In this document: piece after piece, positions 25,533-64,000 of the stretch
Position numbering within the stretch: position 1 is the stretch's first letter
Layout: each line of letters starts with the position of its first letter
DNA from: Octopus bimaculoides
Lineage: Eukaryota
Direction: 5' to 3'
NCBI RefSeq assembly: GCF_001194135.2
Contig: NC_068994.1
Coordinates: 51,850,562-51,914,561 of the forward strand
Length of the DNA stretch: 64,000 nucleotides
Notes under the pieces: model-generated
Database searches by the model: none
Told to the model about the DNA's origin: nothing
The model's input: the letters and a program-made list of their open reading frames with translations, nothing else
Translations under genes and position numbers: made by a program

Positions 25533-27086
25533 TATATATGTATGTATATATATATACACCCACACAGAAAAGCAATGTTAAAAGTATTATTGCTGTCAAT
25601 TTAATTTAAGCCAATATTAATTAATTCAGTGAAAGAAGGTAGCAAGCTGGCAAACTGGTTAGTGTGCTGAACAAAATGCTTTGCGGGTTTTTTGTCCGTC
25701 TTCACATTCTGAGTTCAAATCCTATTGAGGTCAACTTTGCCTTTCATCNNNNNNNNNNNNNNNNNNNNNNNNNNNNNNNNNNNNNNNNNNNNNNNNNNNN
25801 NNNNNNNNNNNNNNNNNNNNNNNNNNNNNNNNNNNNNNNNNNNNNNNNNNNNNNNNNNNNNNNNNNNNNNNNNNNNNNNNNNNNNNNNNNNNNNNNNNNN
25901 NNNNNNNNNNNNNNNNNNNNNNNNNNNNNNNNNNNNNNNNNNNNNNNNNNNNNNNNNNNNNNNNNNNNNNNNNNNNNNNNNNNNNNNNNNNNNNNNNNNN
26001 NNNNNNNNNNNNNNNNNNNNNNNNNNNNNNNNNNNNNNNNNNNNNNNNNNNNNNNNNNNNNNNNNNNNNNNNNNNNNNNNNNNNNNNNNNNNNNNNNNNN
26101 NNNNNNNNNNNNNNNNNNNNNNNNNNNNNNNNNNNNNNNNNNNNNNNNNNNNNNNNNNNNNNNNNNNNNNNNNNNNNNNNNNNNNNNNNNNNNNNNNNNN
26201 NNNNNNNNNNNNNNNNNNNNNNNNNNNNNNNNNNNNNNNNNNNNNNNNNNNNNNNNNNNNNNNNNNNNNNNNNNNNNNNNNNNNNNNNNNNNNNNNNNNN
26301 NNNNNNNNNNNNNNNNNNNNNNNTGTGTGTGTGTGTGTGTGTGTGTTGGCTTTCTGTCACAACCAGAACTTGGAGTCATTTGTTTCTTTCTGTTTCTCTT
26401 TCAATACTAACTCGCATTCAAGTTGCCAGTCAATATAGAAAGGTCACGGCAGTAGTAAATTGGCAGAACTATTAGAATGGGGAATACAACACCTTGCTGT
26501 GTTTTAATTCCAGCTCTTTATGCCCTGGGTTCAAATCCTGCCAAGGTCAATTTTGCCTTTCATTCTTTCAGTGTCTATAAAATACATGTCAAGTACTAGA
26601 GCCAGTTCTCTCTCTCTCTCTTACCTGTAATTCAAAAGATCCAGGCTTATCATGTTATGTCACGCTGTGCCAGTGTAACAGTTATGTTAAGTATATTTGT
26701 GTTGGAGGAGTACTTACCTGCTTATGCCTTCATTCATTTCATGTGTAGGAATTCTGTTGGGCAAAATAATTAAATGCTCGTCATTAACATTAATGAAGAA
26801 ACCACCACCATGTAATAAAGATCTCTTTTTTTTTTTTTTTTTTTTTTTTCATTATTTCTTTTCTTTTCCCTCTTGAGTAACTGGAGTAGCAACTCGAAAC
26901 AGTCACTAAATCCTTTTATATATATTTATATCTGTCTATCTATATATATATTTTTAAAGCTCTTCCCTGTTGAGATCTCTCTCTCTCTCTCTCTCTTCCC
27001 CCTCCCCTCCCCTCCACCTTTCTCTGATATCAAAAGTGAAAAATGATTTGAAAGTATTCTGTGAAAAATAGACACTTAACATTAGC

Positions 27087-27119
<33 letters not shown>

Positions 27120-29497
27120 TTGGTACATTTCTAATTCCATGTTATGATGACTCAGCTTCTCTTCCTCCTACACTCCTCATAAGGAAGGAAACCAACCCCT
27201 CACCCCACTATAATATCAAGTCTTTCATGATGCAGATTCTCTGTAGCTGCCTTTCCCTTCTCCCTGTCTCCAAAATATGCTTCATACATTTATTACAAAT
27301 GGTTGCTACACTAATTTTTTTGTTAATCAACTCTTTGTGGTGCATTCCCTAACTTCTTTTTAAATTTGATGTCATGCTTTTTAGCAGTGTTTTTTTTATT
27401 TTTTGTACAAAAGAATTTGCTGAACTAATTCAATATCAAAACTAGTAGAAAACGTAGTCGAGTATTCTCGCCACCACCCCACCCCAACTTCCCCACTCAC
27501 TCACTCTCTCTCTCTTCATCTCCCTCAGTTTGTTTCGGGAATTGGGAATGAATTTGACTGTAGTTTGACTGCAACACTGTCTAAATAGAGGCAGTTGTAA
27601 TATTTTCAGAAATAATTATGTATTGGAAAAATATAAATAAAAAAATATATTATGCATACATATATATATATAATTTTCTCATTTAAAAAAAAAAATTTTT
27701 TATTGTATCGTAATTAATTATGATGGTTCTGATTGAGAATGTTTTTTTTTTTTTTTTTCCTCTCTTTTTTTTTTCTTTTTTCGAATATTATTTTGGCATT
27801 AGAAAGGACGTCCAGCCTTAGAAATACATGCCAAAGCAGACACTAGAGTTCGGTACAGCCCTTTGGTTCACCAGATCCTGTCACAGTCCAACCTATGCCA
27901 GCACAGAAAACAGACATTTAGTGATGATTTTGCTTATGTAGTTCTGGCATTTTATTTGTTTTCTTTAGTTTTCAACTTGCAATAGTGATGAAGATAACTT
28001 CCAGCATTGTGTGATCAATAAGTCATCAGCAAGTAGATTGATGGAAAGTAAAGTCATTTAGAACAGGATTTGATCCCAGATTGTTAAGGATTGACACTAT
28101 TGTAAGATATTTACTCTGGTACTATATTATTTTAGAGACAATATTGTCTACTTGCTTAGCTGCCCAATTACAAATTAGAACGAGGAGTGCTGGTGCCACA
28201 TAAAGAGCACCCAGTGCACTGTAAAGTGGCTGGTGTTAGGAAGGGCATCCGGCCCCAGAAACCATACCAAAACAGACAAGGCAACTTCCTGGTTGGTCAA
28301 CTCCAATCAAACCATCCAACCCATGCCAATATGGACATTAAATGAGGAGGAAGAGGATGAATGGGGTGATAGTGGAACTTTTAGATCGGTGTTTATCATA
28401 AAGGGGAGTTGCATGGATTAAAAGGGGGGGACATGTAAATTGCCATGCTTAATAAAATTCTTTCATTGCCATATGTTAAAATATAATGCCATTGTTTCTA
28501 TTGATTTTTTTTAAAATAATGGATTTTGTAAAATTATCTTTATTAAAATGGGGTTTGGAACAAATAAAAACAGCATTTTGATGGAATGTTTAAATTCAGG
28601 TCACTTTAAAAATAAGTTTGTATCATAGAACTGAGGTCATCTCAATGGGTTGGCATTAAAATGAGTTTCCAATTTTTCCGTTAACCCTCTCAGCACTGGG
28701 CCCCTGTGTCTAACTTTATCCTCCACCTGGGCTCCTGAGCAAAAGAATAAATAGTTGTCTATACAGCTTGAGGGTAATGACTACATGCAAACTAATGGAC
28801 AGAATCGGTTGCATCTTCTTTTTCTATGCTTGTTGTTCATTACCACTTTACTGGGAATCCAGTGTGATGATATTAAGCCTATTCCTGCCAAAGCAGGAAC
28901 ATGGTGTGACAGGGTTCAAATAGTATTTTGATGGAAGGTTTTAATTCAGATCCTGTTAAAACATGAAAGATTGTCAGAGATGGTTTGATATCCAGTTGCA
29001 ATGGTTTCCAAAGTTTTAAACTTACCCAACACTGAAGAAAGAGAAATTTATATTAGATCAAAAAGGGTGATGGGGTGGTAGAATCTTCAGTGTTACGCAG
29101 CATGCATTGTGGTATTTGTTCCAATTCTTTACTTTCTTAGTTCAAATCCTTCCAAGGTCGGCTGTGCTTTTTCCATCATTACAGGGTTTGATGAAGTATA
29201 GTACCATTCAAGTACTGGAGTTGATGGTATCAGTTAGCCTCCCCATGGTTTCTGAATTGTTTAATAAGAAAGGAGCCAAACGTTTCATTAGTGTAAGGTA
29301 AGATGGCAAACTGATAAACAGCTTTCCATCAATCTAAATTCTAAGTTAAAATGTCACTGGTGATGACTTTCTATTTCATTCTTCCTGGGTCAATAAAATA
29401 ATTACCAGTTAAACATTGTGGTCAATGTCATCAACTTCCTCCTTCCTCTGAAATCACTGGTCTTGTGCCAAAATCTGATGGGTAAGGTGCCATTTGT

Positions 29498-29785
29498 GGA
29501 GGCGCAATGGCCCAGTGGTTAGGGCAGCGGACTCGCGGTTTCGATTCCTAGACTGGGCGTTGTGTGTGTGTTTATTGAGCGAAAACACCTAAAGCTCTAT
29601 GAAGCTCTGGCAGGGGGGTAGGTGGCGACCCCTGGTGTACTCTTTTGCCCCAACTTTCTCTCACTCTTTCTTTCTGTTTCTTGAGTAAAGCTGCGATGGA
29701 CTGGCATCCCGTCCAGCTGGCGGGGAACACATACGCCATAGAAACCAGGCCCATGAGCCTGCTTAGGCTTTAAAAAAGGGCGAAG
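29498..29785 (+). mobile_element. tRNA-derived SINE (family C)
   Basis: ggaggcgcaatggcccagtggttagggcagcggactc...ttcgattcc head; ctgcgatggactggcatcccgtccag module. Confidence 0.75.
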
Positions 29786-30044
29786 AGAGAGAGAGAGGGT
29801 GCCATTTGGTAGTAGTGGGGGTATTAAATTAGACAATAAATAAATAAAAACTTTTGTTTTTGTCAAGAATGTATGTAGGAAAACTGTGTTATGAAGGATG
29901 TTGTTAGCTCTTGAACCAGAAATAATGTCCGACCCTGTTGGTTTCATTCTCTGCTTGAAATTCATTTCGCTTTTGTCTTGAGAGATGAAAAATTTGACAA
30001 TATTAGCATCTCTATTATATTTCAAGCACTTTGATCTCAACATT

Positions 30045-30266
30045 TATTTCTTTATTGCCCACAGGGGGCTAAACATAGAGGGGATAGGATAAACAAGGAA
30101 TTAAGTCAATTACATCAACTCCAGTGCGTAACTGGTACTTAATTAATCGACACCGAAAGGATGAAAGGCTAAGTCGACCTCGGCGGAATTTGAACTCAGA
30201 ACGGCAGACAAAATACTGCTAAGCATTTCGCCCGGTGTGCTAATGTTTCTGCCAGCTAGCCACCTT
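30045..30266 (-). mobile_element. SINE family A, same tail subtype as 32873-33106
   Basis: Reverse-complement similarity over the full length. Confidence 0.8.
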
Positions 30267-32872
30267 ATTTAATCTCAACATTGACTTATTTCTGGGTGTG
30301 AATATAGTGTCAGACTACATTTGAACAAGAAGTTTTATTTTATCCACAAGTGTCAATGGTCTAATACTTTAGAACAGTGATTGCCAATCGTTTTTTTTTT
30401 TTTTTTGCCTATAGACCCCTTTGATTCTTGTTTTGTTCTACTAGACCCCATGTTAAAAATAATCCTATTATATTTTCATGATTAAATATTAAGAATTGAA
30501 TAAAAAATTTGTTAAATTATTTCTTGTATAATAGAAGTATCACCGATTTATTGCTCATAAACTTTAACAAATTCTTATATACACCCTGGTTTAGAGCATT
30601 ACTAAATTATATGCAATTATATAATTTCTTAGACTAGTAATCTGTTTAGAGAAAAGAAAATTTTCAATATTTATGTCAACACAAAGTTTAGAATGGTTTG
30701 ATATCTGATCATTGAGTGTCATATTCCTGGATAGGTACGCAGTATTAGCTTTACCTTGGACCCCTAGCTCCTGATAAAGTCATAGAGTTGCCCTTATTAT
30801 ATACAGTGTCTTGCACATTTTTAGATCTGTGTACTATCCTGTCAACACCTTACCCACATTATTAAATAAAAACCATTTCGATTTTATTTATTTATTTTAA
30901 TGGCCAAGTGAGAGAACAAAGAGGAAACACCCAGCACAGTTGCCATTTTTAGTGCCCACGTGGTAGTGAGAGGAATGGAGGAGGTTGTATCCTCAAGGAG
31001 GAGACCTTTCTCGAATCTTGCAAGAGAGTGCTCAAAGACAAGATATTTGTATTAGATCAGGTTTTGGATTAAGTCTATGGTTGTATACTGATAAATTTAT
31101 CTTCAACAATGAATGTTTCTACAAACACCTTTGAAACAATGTAGATCACGATTATATTCAGAATTCGATGCGAAAAATATTTCGGAAGGAACAGATCCAG
31201 AAGAGTTTTGGATAATTCACACGAATCAATTTTGTTTTGTCATAACTTTCAGAAAAATGGATATTTGTTAATGAAATTTTTTATAAATACCTTTCAGATA
31301 GTGTGGATTGTAATTATATAGAAATTTAATGTTGCAAAAAAAAAAAAATAAAAATAATAATAATAAATTAAATAATTAGCGGGTTGGGTGTGCACACACC
31401 TACTGACATGCAAAATGAGATTGGTATAACGGGGCAGCGTCTGTGGTCAATCAACGTACTAGAAATAGAAACAAAATTCGGTTGTATTAATAAAGAGGAA
31501 GAATTCACTGGATAATTTAGTCATTATCTTGGACTATAAAGACAGAAAAGAATGCCTATGATCATAGGTACTTGATCAAGTCTTAATTACCGTTAATTGA
31601 TTTAAAAAAGAAACAAAAATTAACAGGTGTAGGCTGTGTGGTAAGAAGTTTGCTTCCCAACCACATGGTTCTGCATTCAGTCACATTGCGTAGAGTCTTG
31701 GACAAGTGTCTCCTACTAAATACTCGGGCCGCCTAAAGCCTTGTGAGTGGATTCAGTAGCCGGAAACTGAAAGAAGCCTGTCATAACAACGATATGACGG
31801 AGGTGGGGGTACAATTACGATTTTTTAATAACTTTTTTAGTTTGAGAAAAAAAAAAAAAAATTACAAATGTTCACTACCTTACAAAAACTATATCAGCTA
31901 AGCAAATGTCGTTCTCCAAATGCATTTAAAACACAATAAACATTAAGAACATCATTTCAGAAGAATTTTCGCCGTTCTCTTTGAGCAGGGACAAAATGAG
32001 TAATTCTCCAGAATTACATTTGAAAACAGACTCATATGTATCAATATCCATCCTTAGATATCAGAAAGATCAGAAATGCGACAAAAATTTAAGGATTTTA
32101 AGGATCATGGAAAAATGGCATATGATATAGAATTAACGAAACTCCATTAAGTCAAAAAGTTCGACTTTAAATATTCACTAAAACTTTTGCACGATCTTCT
32201 GGAGTGGCTTTCTTCCCGGTATATATAAGCAACATTCAATTAAAGAGAAGAAATTAGTCATGACTCATTTTACCCCATTTTAGGCATCAGTTTTGAAAAT
32301 TGAAAATGATCAAAGTGTGGAGAAAAATTAACTTGAACTCCAAAAGAGAAAAGAATATTGATTACTAAACACCAAAAATTATCCAGATATTTTATTACCA
32401 ACCTCAGTTACAATCGGGTCAAAGTTGAGAAAAAAAGTACCTGTCACCTATGTTTCGAATCTGTTTGAAACTCTCTCAAATTCATCGACAGGTATGTTGA
32501 TCAATTTTTACTCTTAGAGTTAATGTAACAGTACAAAATAATGACGGCAAACTTGCAACGTAATGATTTCAAACAAGCAGGTAGAAATTAGCGAGAAATC
32601 AGAAATTACTCATTTTGCCCCAGTTACTAATTTAAATAACCACGTGTCTGTATGTGTGTGTGTTTGTATCTGTGTTTGTCCTACACTACCGCTTGACGAC
32701 CGATGCTGGTTTGTTTATGTCCCCGTAACATAGCCGTTCAGCCAAAGACCGATAAAATAAGCATCAGTCTTAAAAAATTAGATAAGTATTGGGGTCGATT
32801 CGTTCGACTAAAATTCTTCAAGGCAGCGGTCCATCATGACCGTAGTCCAATGAACGAAATGTAGTCTAACAG

Positions 32873-33106
32873 AGGCGACGAGCTGGCAGAAACGTTAGCA
32901 CACCGGGCGAAATTCTTAGCAGTATTTCGTCTGCCGTTACGTTCTGAGTTCAAATTCCGCCGAGGTCGACTTTGCCTTTCATCCTTTCGAGGGTCGATTA
33001 AATAAGTAGCAGTTACGCACTGGAGTCGATGTAATCGACTTAATCCCTTTGTCTGTCCTTGTTTTTCCCCTCTATGTTTAGCCCCTTGTGGGCAATAAAG
33101 AAATAA
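32873..33106 (+). mobile_element. tRNA-derived SINE (family A) with ~17-bp target-site duplication
   Basis: ggcgacgagctggcagaaacgttagc...gagttcaaattcc head; flanks gaaatgtagtctaacag (32856-32872) and gaaacgtagtctaatag (33107-33123). Confidence 0.85.
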
Positions 33107-33277
33107 GAAACGTAGTCTAATAGTACAAACCACAAGATAACCCCGACCCCCCACACATTGTCACTTCGCTTCTCCAGTAAAAAACGTTATATTTGACATT
33201 TGAGCTAGTATGAAAGATTTAACTCCCCTTGATTCTTCCCTCGTGCAATAATAATTCGAACGGCAACATCGAAATCC

Positions 33278-33320
33278 AGCCAATCAGCAATCGCCTTGAT
33301 TCTGATTGGCTTATTTTGAA
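33278..33320 (+). promoter_or_regulatory. KIF11 proximal promoter: two inverted CCAAT (NF-Y) boxes plus a CHR element (TTTGAA)
   Basis: AGCCAATCAG at 33278-33287, its exact reverse complement CTGATTGGCT at 33302-33311, TTTGAA at 33315-33320; about 140 bp upstream of the ATG. Confidence 0.65.
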
Positions 33321-33459
33321 ATTGTACAAAATACGAAAAATTTAAATCCCACAAGGCAAACGGAGCTGAAATCTCTGCCTTTTTGTTGACTTATTACTGT
33401 TATTGTGCGTGTGTGATTGTTTGTTGAAAGTTATTTACTGTACGACAGTAGTGAAAAAA

Positions 33460-60107
<26,648 letters not shown>

Positions 60108-62374
60108 NNNNNNNNNNNNNNNNNNNNNNNNNNNNNNNNNNNNNNNNNNNNNNNNNNNNNNNNNNNNNNNNNNNNNNNNNNNNNNNNNNNNNNNNNNNNN
60201 NNNNNNNNNNNNNNNNNNNNNNNNNNNNNNNNNNNNNNNNNNNNNNNNNNNNNNNNNNNNNNNNNNNNNNNNNNNNNNNNNNNNNNNNNNNNNNNNNNNN
60301 NNNNNNNNNNNNNNNNNNNNNNNNNNNNNNNNNNNNNNNNNNNNNNNNNNNNNNNNNNNNNNNNNNNNNNNNNNNNNNNNNNNNNNNNNNNNNNNNNNNN
60401 NNNNNNNNNNNNNNNNNNNNNNNNNNNNNNNNNNNNNNNNNNNNNNNNNNNNNNNNNNNNNNNNNNNNNNNNNNNNNNNNNNNNNNNNNNNNNNNNNNNN
60501 NNNNNNNNNNNNNNNNNNNNNNNNNNNNNNNNNNNNNNNNNNNNNNNNNNNNNNNNNNNNNNNNNNNNNNNNNNNNNNNNNNNNNNNNNNNNNNNNNNNN
60601 NNNNNNNNNNNNNNNNNNNNNNNNNNNNNNNNNNNNNNNNNNNNNNNNNNNNNNNNNNNNNNNNNNNNNNNNNNNNNNNNNNNNNNNNNNNNNNNNNNNN
60701 NNNNNNNNNNNNNNNNNNNNNNNNNNNNNNNNNNNNNNNNNNNNNNNNNNNTTTTGTGTTTTGGATTGTTTTGTTTCTGCTTTGTCTCCCCCTGTGGCAC
60801 AGTTTGGATCTGCTCTTTGCATTTATTTCTGAATCAGTGCAAATTTTTCTTTTTTTTTTCTTTCTTTTTTTTTTTGCTATTATGTGAGGGTAAGGAAAGA
60901 ATACACACTGCCAATTCTAATTTTAAAATGAAATGGGAATTAAAAAAAAAATTAAACTGGAACAAATTTAATTTACAAACAAGAACCGCATCAACTGATT
61001 TTAACACGGGCAGAAAATACTCTGCTGTTTTTATTTTAAAAATGTTGAATTGTATATGTGCATTTTCAATTTTCAGAAGTGTGCTTACATTTCATATTCT
61101 GTTGTATAAATCATTACCATTTGATGTCTTTCTCTCTCTCTATCTCTCTCTCTCTCTCAACTCTGTCGTTCTGTTTGTCTAACTCTCTCTGTCTCTTTTA
61201 CTCTCATCTTTTTGTTCTTCTCGCATTCAGTTTTCTACATTAACCTCTCTCACTCTCTCTCACACACACTTTCTTTCTCTCACATGCTCACACACCCTCT
61301 CTCTCTCTCTCTCTTGCTCTCAGCTTCTTAAAATCTTCTTTCCACATACATTGCAAACACATTTTCCATATATTTCTACTTCTCCCGTCTCTTCATTTAC
61401 TACTACTACTTTCTTTAAATTCTGTTTTTCTATCCCTTTTTTCCCATTCCATTCATTCAATAAATCTCCACTTCAACATAATGTATTTTATATCTACACA
61501 CACATGTACATATATATATATATTATGCACATACTGTTATACATACTCATCTACACACACACATTATTATTTCTCCTCTCCTCTGACTAACTTTAATAAA
61601 TCACAAGCGATATTTTCTTTGTTAGTAATTGGTTTCTTCCCATTTATCGTAATAATACACTTCAAAATCTCCATTAATTGTTCTGACCTCTCTCGGTCAC
61701 TGTTAATATTAATTTAACAACTAAAGCACTGAGCCGGCACACTTGTTAGCAAGCCAGGCAGAATGCTTTAGCAACATTACATCTGTCTTTGTGTTCTGAG
61801 TTCAAATCCCACTGAGGTCGACTTTGCCTTTTGTCCTTTCAAGGTTGATAAAGTAAGTACCAGTTGAATACTGGGGTTGATGTGATTGACTTATCCTTCC
61901 CTTGAAATTACTGGCCTTGTGCCAACATTTGAAACCAATATTGATTTTAACTGGCCATATCCAGTCCAGATATTTTACCTGTTTTATGCTCAAACTGGTC
62001 AGGTCTGACCTCTCACACCTACCCTACAATAATGCATGACTAATTCAAAACAATGTGAATAAATAACCAATACTTTTGACAAAATAATGTTGAATACTAA
62101 GGGTTTAACAAACTCCTTAAGTAATTTGCTAATTAGCAACTTACTTTGTTGAATATTAATATTTTCACATCCAACCTCCTTTCTTTCTTTCCTGTTTCTC
62201 TTTTACTTTTTTAGAAGTAATTAATGATAATAAGAGGATTTCTTATCTAATATTTAAGGATATTAACTGAATTAATAACATTGTAGTTTCCTTTACTTTT
62301 CCACTGTTATTTAGAAAGGGTTGATTTGTTGCAGCATCCTATTTGTGCCTTATACTTATGATATAAGGTATATT

Positions 62375-62755
62375 GCCTCAGTCACTTGTCATCTCGGTGA
62401 GGCCCAGTGTCTGAAGATCGCTTCTCACCACTTCGTCCCACGTCTTCATGGGTCTACCTCTTCCACATGTTCCCTCCACAATTAGAGATCAACACTTCTT
62501 GAAGCAGCTGTTCTCATCCATACGCATCACATGACCATACCATACAAGATGCCTCTTATACCCAGTCTTCCTCTTAAGTCATTTACACTCTGTCATATGT
62601 GCACAACTCATATTACCCATCCAGCGGAGCATGCTTGCTTCATTTCTTTCAAGCCTTTGCATATCCTCTGTAGTCACAGCCCATGTTTCACTGCCATGTG
62701 GCATAGCTGTACGTACACAGGCTCCATACAGTCTGCCTTTCACTCAGAAGGAGAG
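62375..62755 (-). mobile_element. Degenerate RTE LINE ORF2 fragment
   Basis: VKGRLYGACVRTAMPHGSETW...WYGHVMRM...GRGRPMKTW with frameshifts and stops. Confidence 0.8.
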
Positions 62756-63575
62756 GCGCTCTGTTACTAACAGACAACTGGAGCCTGGACAGCTCTCCAG
62801 TTGACCAGCTCCTGTCAAAACTGTCCAATCCATGCCAGCATGGAAAACGGACGTTAAACGATGGTGTTGATTGAGGTGAGCTCTGAATCTGGGATTTGAT
62901 TTTTCATTCCTGGTTGAAGTTATTTCACTTGGCATATATACGTTGAATACCTTATGGAAAGGCATGAACGCCACATATTTGCTTCGCTTTTGTCTTCCCA
63001 AATTTAGTCTTTGTTTTTGTGCATCGTTAAAACGCGAATGGAGGAAAAGAGGCAACGAAAGAAAACTACTGAGATCGTTAGTTAACCAAAATTGCCGGTT
63101 CAGTTGGAGAAGGAATGAACGTTGCCACATTACAATTCATTTTTTCTATATGCTGAGGTATTATATTTAATTGTTGGAGAGGATGAAAGAAAATGAAAAA
63201 GAAAAAAAATCAATATTATTATTATTCCGCCTGATGAATTCTGTTAATGTTTCTAGAGACAGTCATGATTGCTGCTACATCTCATTATCATTTGTCTGTT
63301 AATAAAACATGGAGTTTTAATCAAAGCAATTTAATTGCTTAACTAAATTTTTCACTTTTAGAAAATCATAAACAATCTGTATGGAAGAAAAGTAAAGAAC
63401 TTGTTATTTAAACAATTCAAATTTGATATGGTGCTTATTTCTTAAATGTAAACTTATTGCATTGTTAAATTATGAACTGAACAATTAAAAATTTTCTTTA
63501 TCGTCTAAATGTCTTTCATCTTTGCTTATTAAAAGTTTCATAAAATTTAATTTCAAGCTAGAAGCAGTTCTGAGT

Positions 63576-64000
63576 GAGATCGTTGCCAGTGCCGCCCCTG
63601 GACTGGCTCTTGTGCAGGTGGCACGTAAAATACTCCATTTTGAGCGTGGCCGTTGCCAGTAAGACATTCGAGCGAGATCGTTGCCAGTGCCGCTGGACTG
63701 GCTCCTGTGCAGGTGGCACGTAAAATACACCATTTTGAGCGTGGCCGTTGCCAGTAAGACATTCGAGCGAGATCGTTGCCAGTGCCCCTGGATTGGCTCC
63801 TGTGCAGGTGGCACGTAAAATACTCCATTTGGAGTGTGGCCGTTGCCAGTAAGACATTCGAGCGAGATCGTTGCCAGTGCCGCTGGACTGGCTCCTGTGC
63901 AGGTGGCACGTAAAATACACCATTTCGAGCATGGCCGTCGCCAGTACCCGCCTGACTGGCCCTCGTGCCGATAGCACATAAAAGCACCCACTACACTCTC
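63576..64000 (+). mobile_element. RTE LINE 3'UTR with ~95-bp tandem repeat x~4 (continues past window end)
   Basis: Units start at 63576, 63674, 63769 and 63864; reverse complement of the 3'UTR seen at 57805-58280 and 40436-40668. Confidence 0.8.

Noticed and set aside
63576-63945. Regular repeats resembling a CRISPR array
   Set aside because: No unique spacers, eukaryotic context, and homology to the RTE LINE 3'UTR.

Overview
AT-rich eukaryotic genomic window with spliceosomal introns, dense microsatellites and six N-gaps. The SINE, RTE-LINE and MITE repertoire suggests an octopus/coleoid cephalopod draft assembly (inference). Two multi-exon genes lie head-to-tail on the + strand and were reconstructed by hand with phase-consistent GT-AG junctions. 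SUCLG1 (succinyl-CoA ligase alpha) has 8 coding exons at 18820-25194; its first coding exon was not located. KIF11/Eg5 (kinesin-5) has 26 coding exons from 33460 to at least 60107; the stop codon probably lies in the N-gap 60108-60751. The KIF11 promoter has two inverted CCAAT boxes next to a CHR element. The most notable non-coding signal is a set of minimal type-I hammerhead ribozyme motifs: an intact one at 3881-3986 (-), and a family in which a tRNA-like Pol III head and a hammerhead form head-to-head palindromes (38104-38438, 40669-40790, 59442-59804). These resemble Penelope-type or retrozyme-like non-autonomous elements. Also present: tRNA-derived SINE mosaics, RTE LINE 3' ends with variable internal tandem repeats, piggyBac-, hAT- and mariner-type MITEs, long fold-back repeats, a 28-bp minisatellite within a local GC3 peak, and candidate orphan exons in the first 13 kb. 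All coordinates and counts are manual and need computational confirmation.
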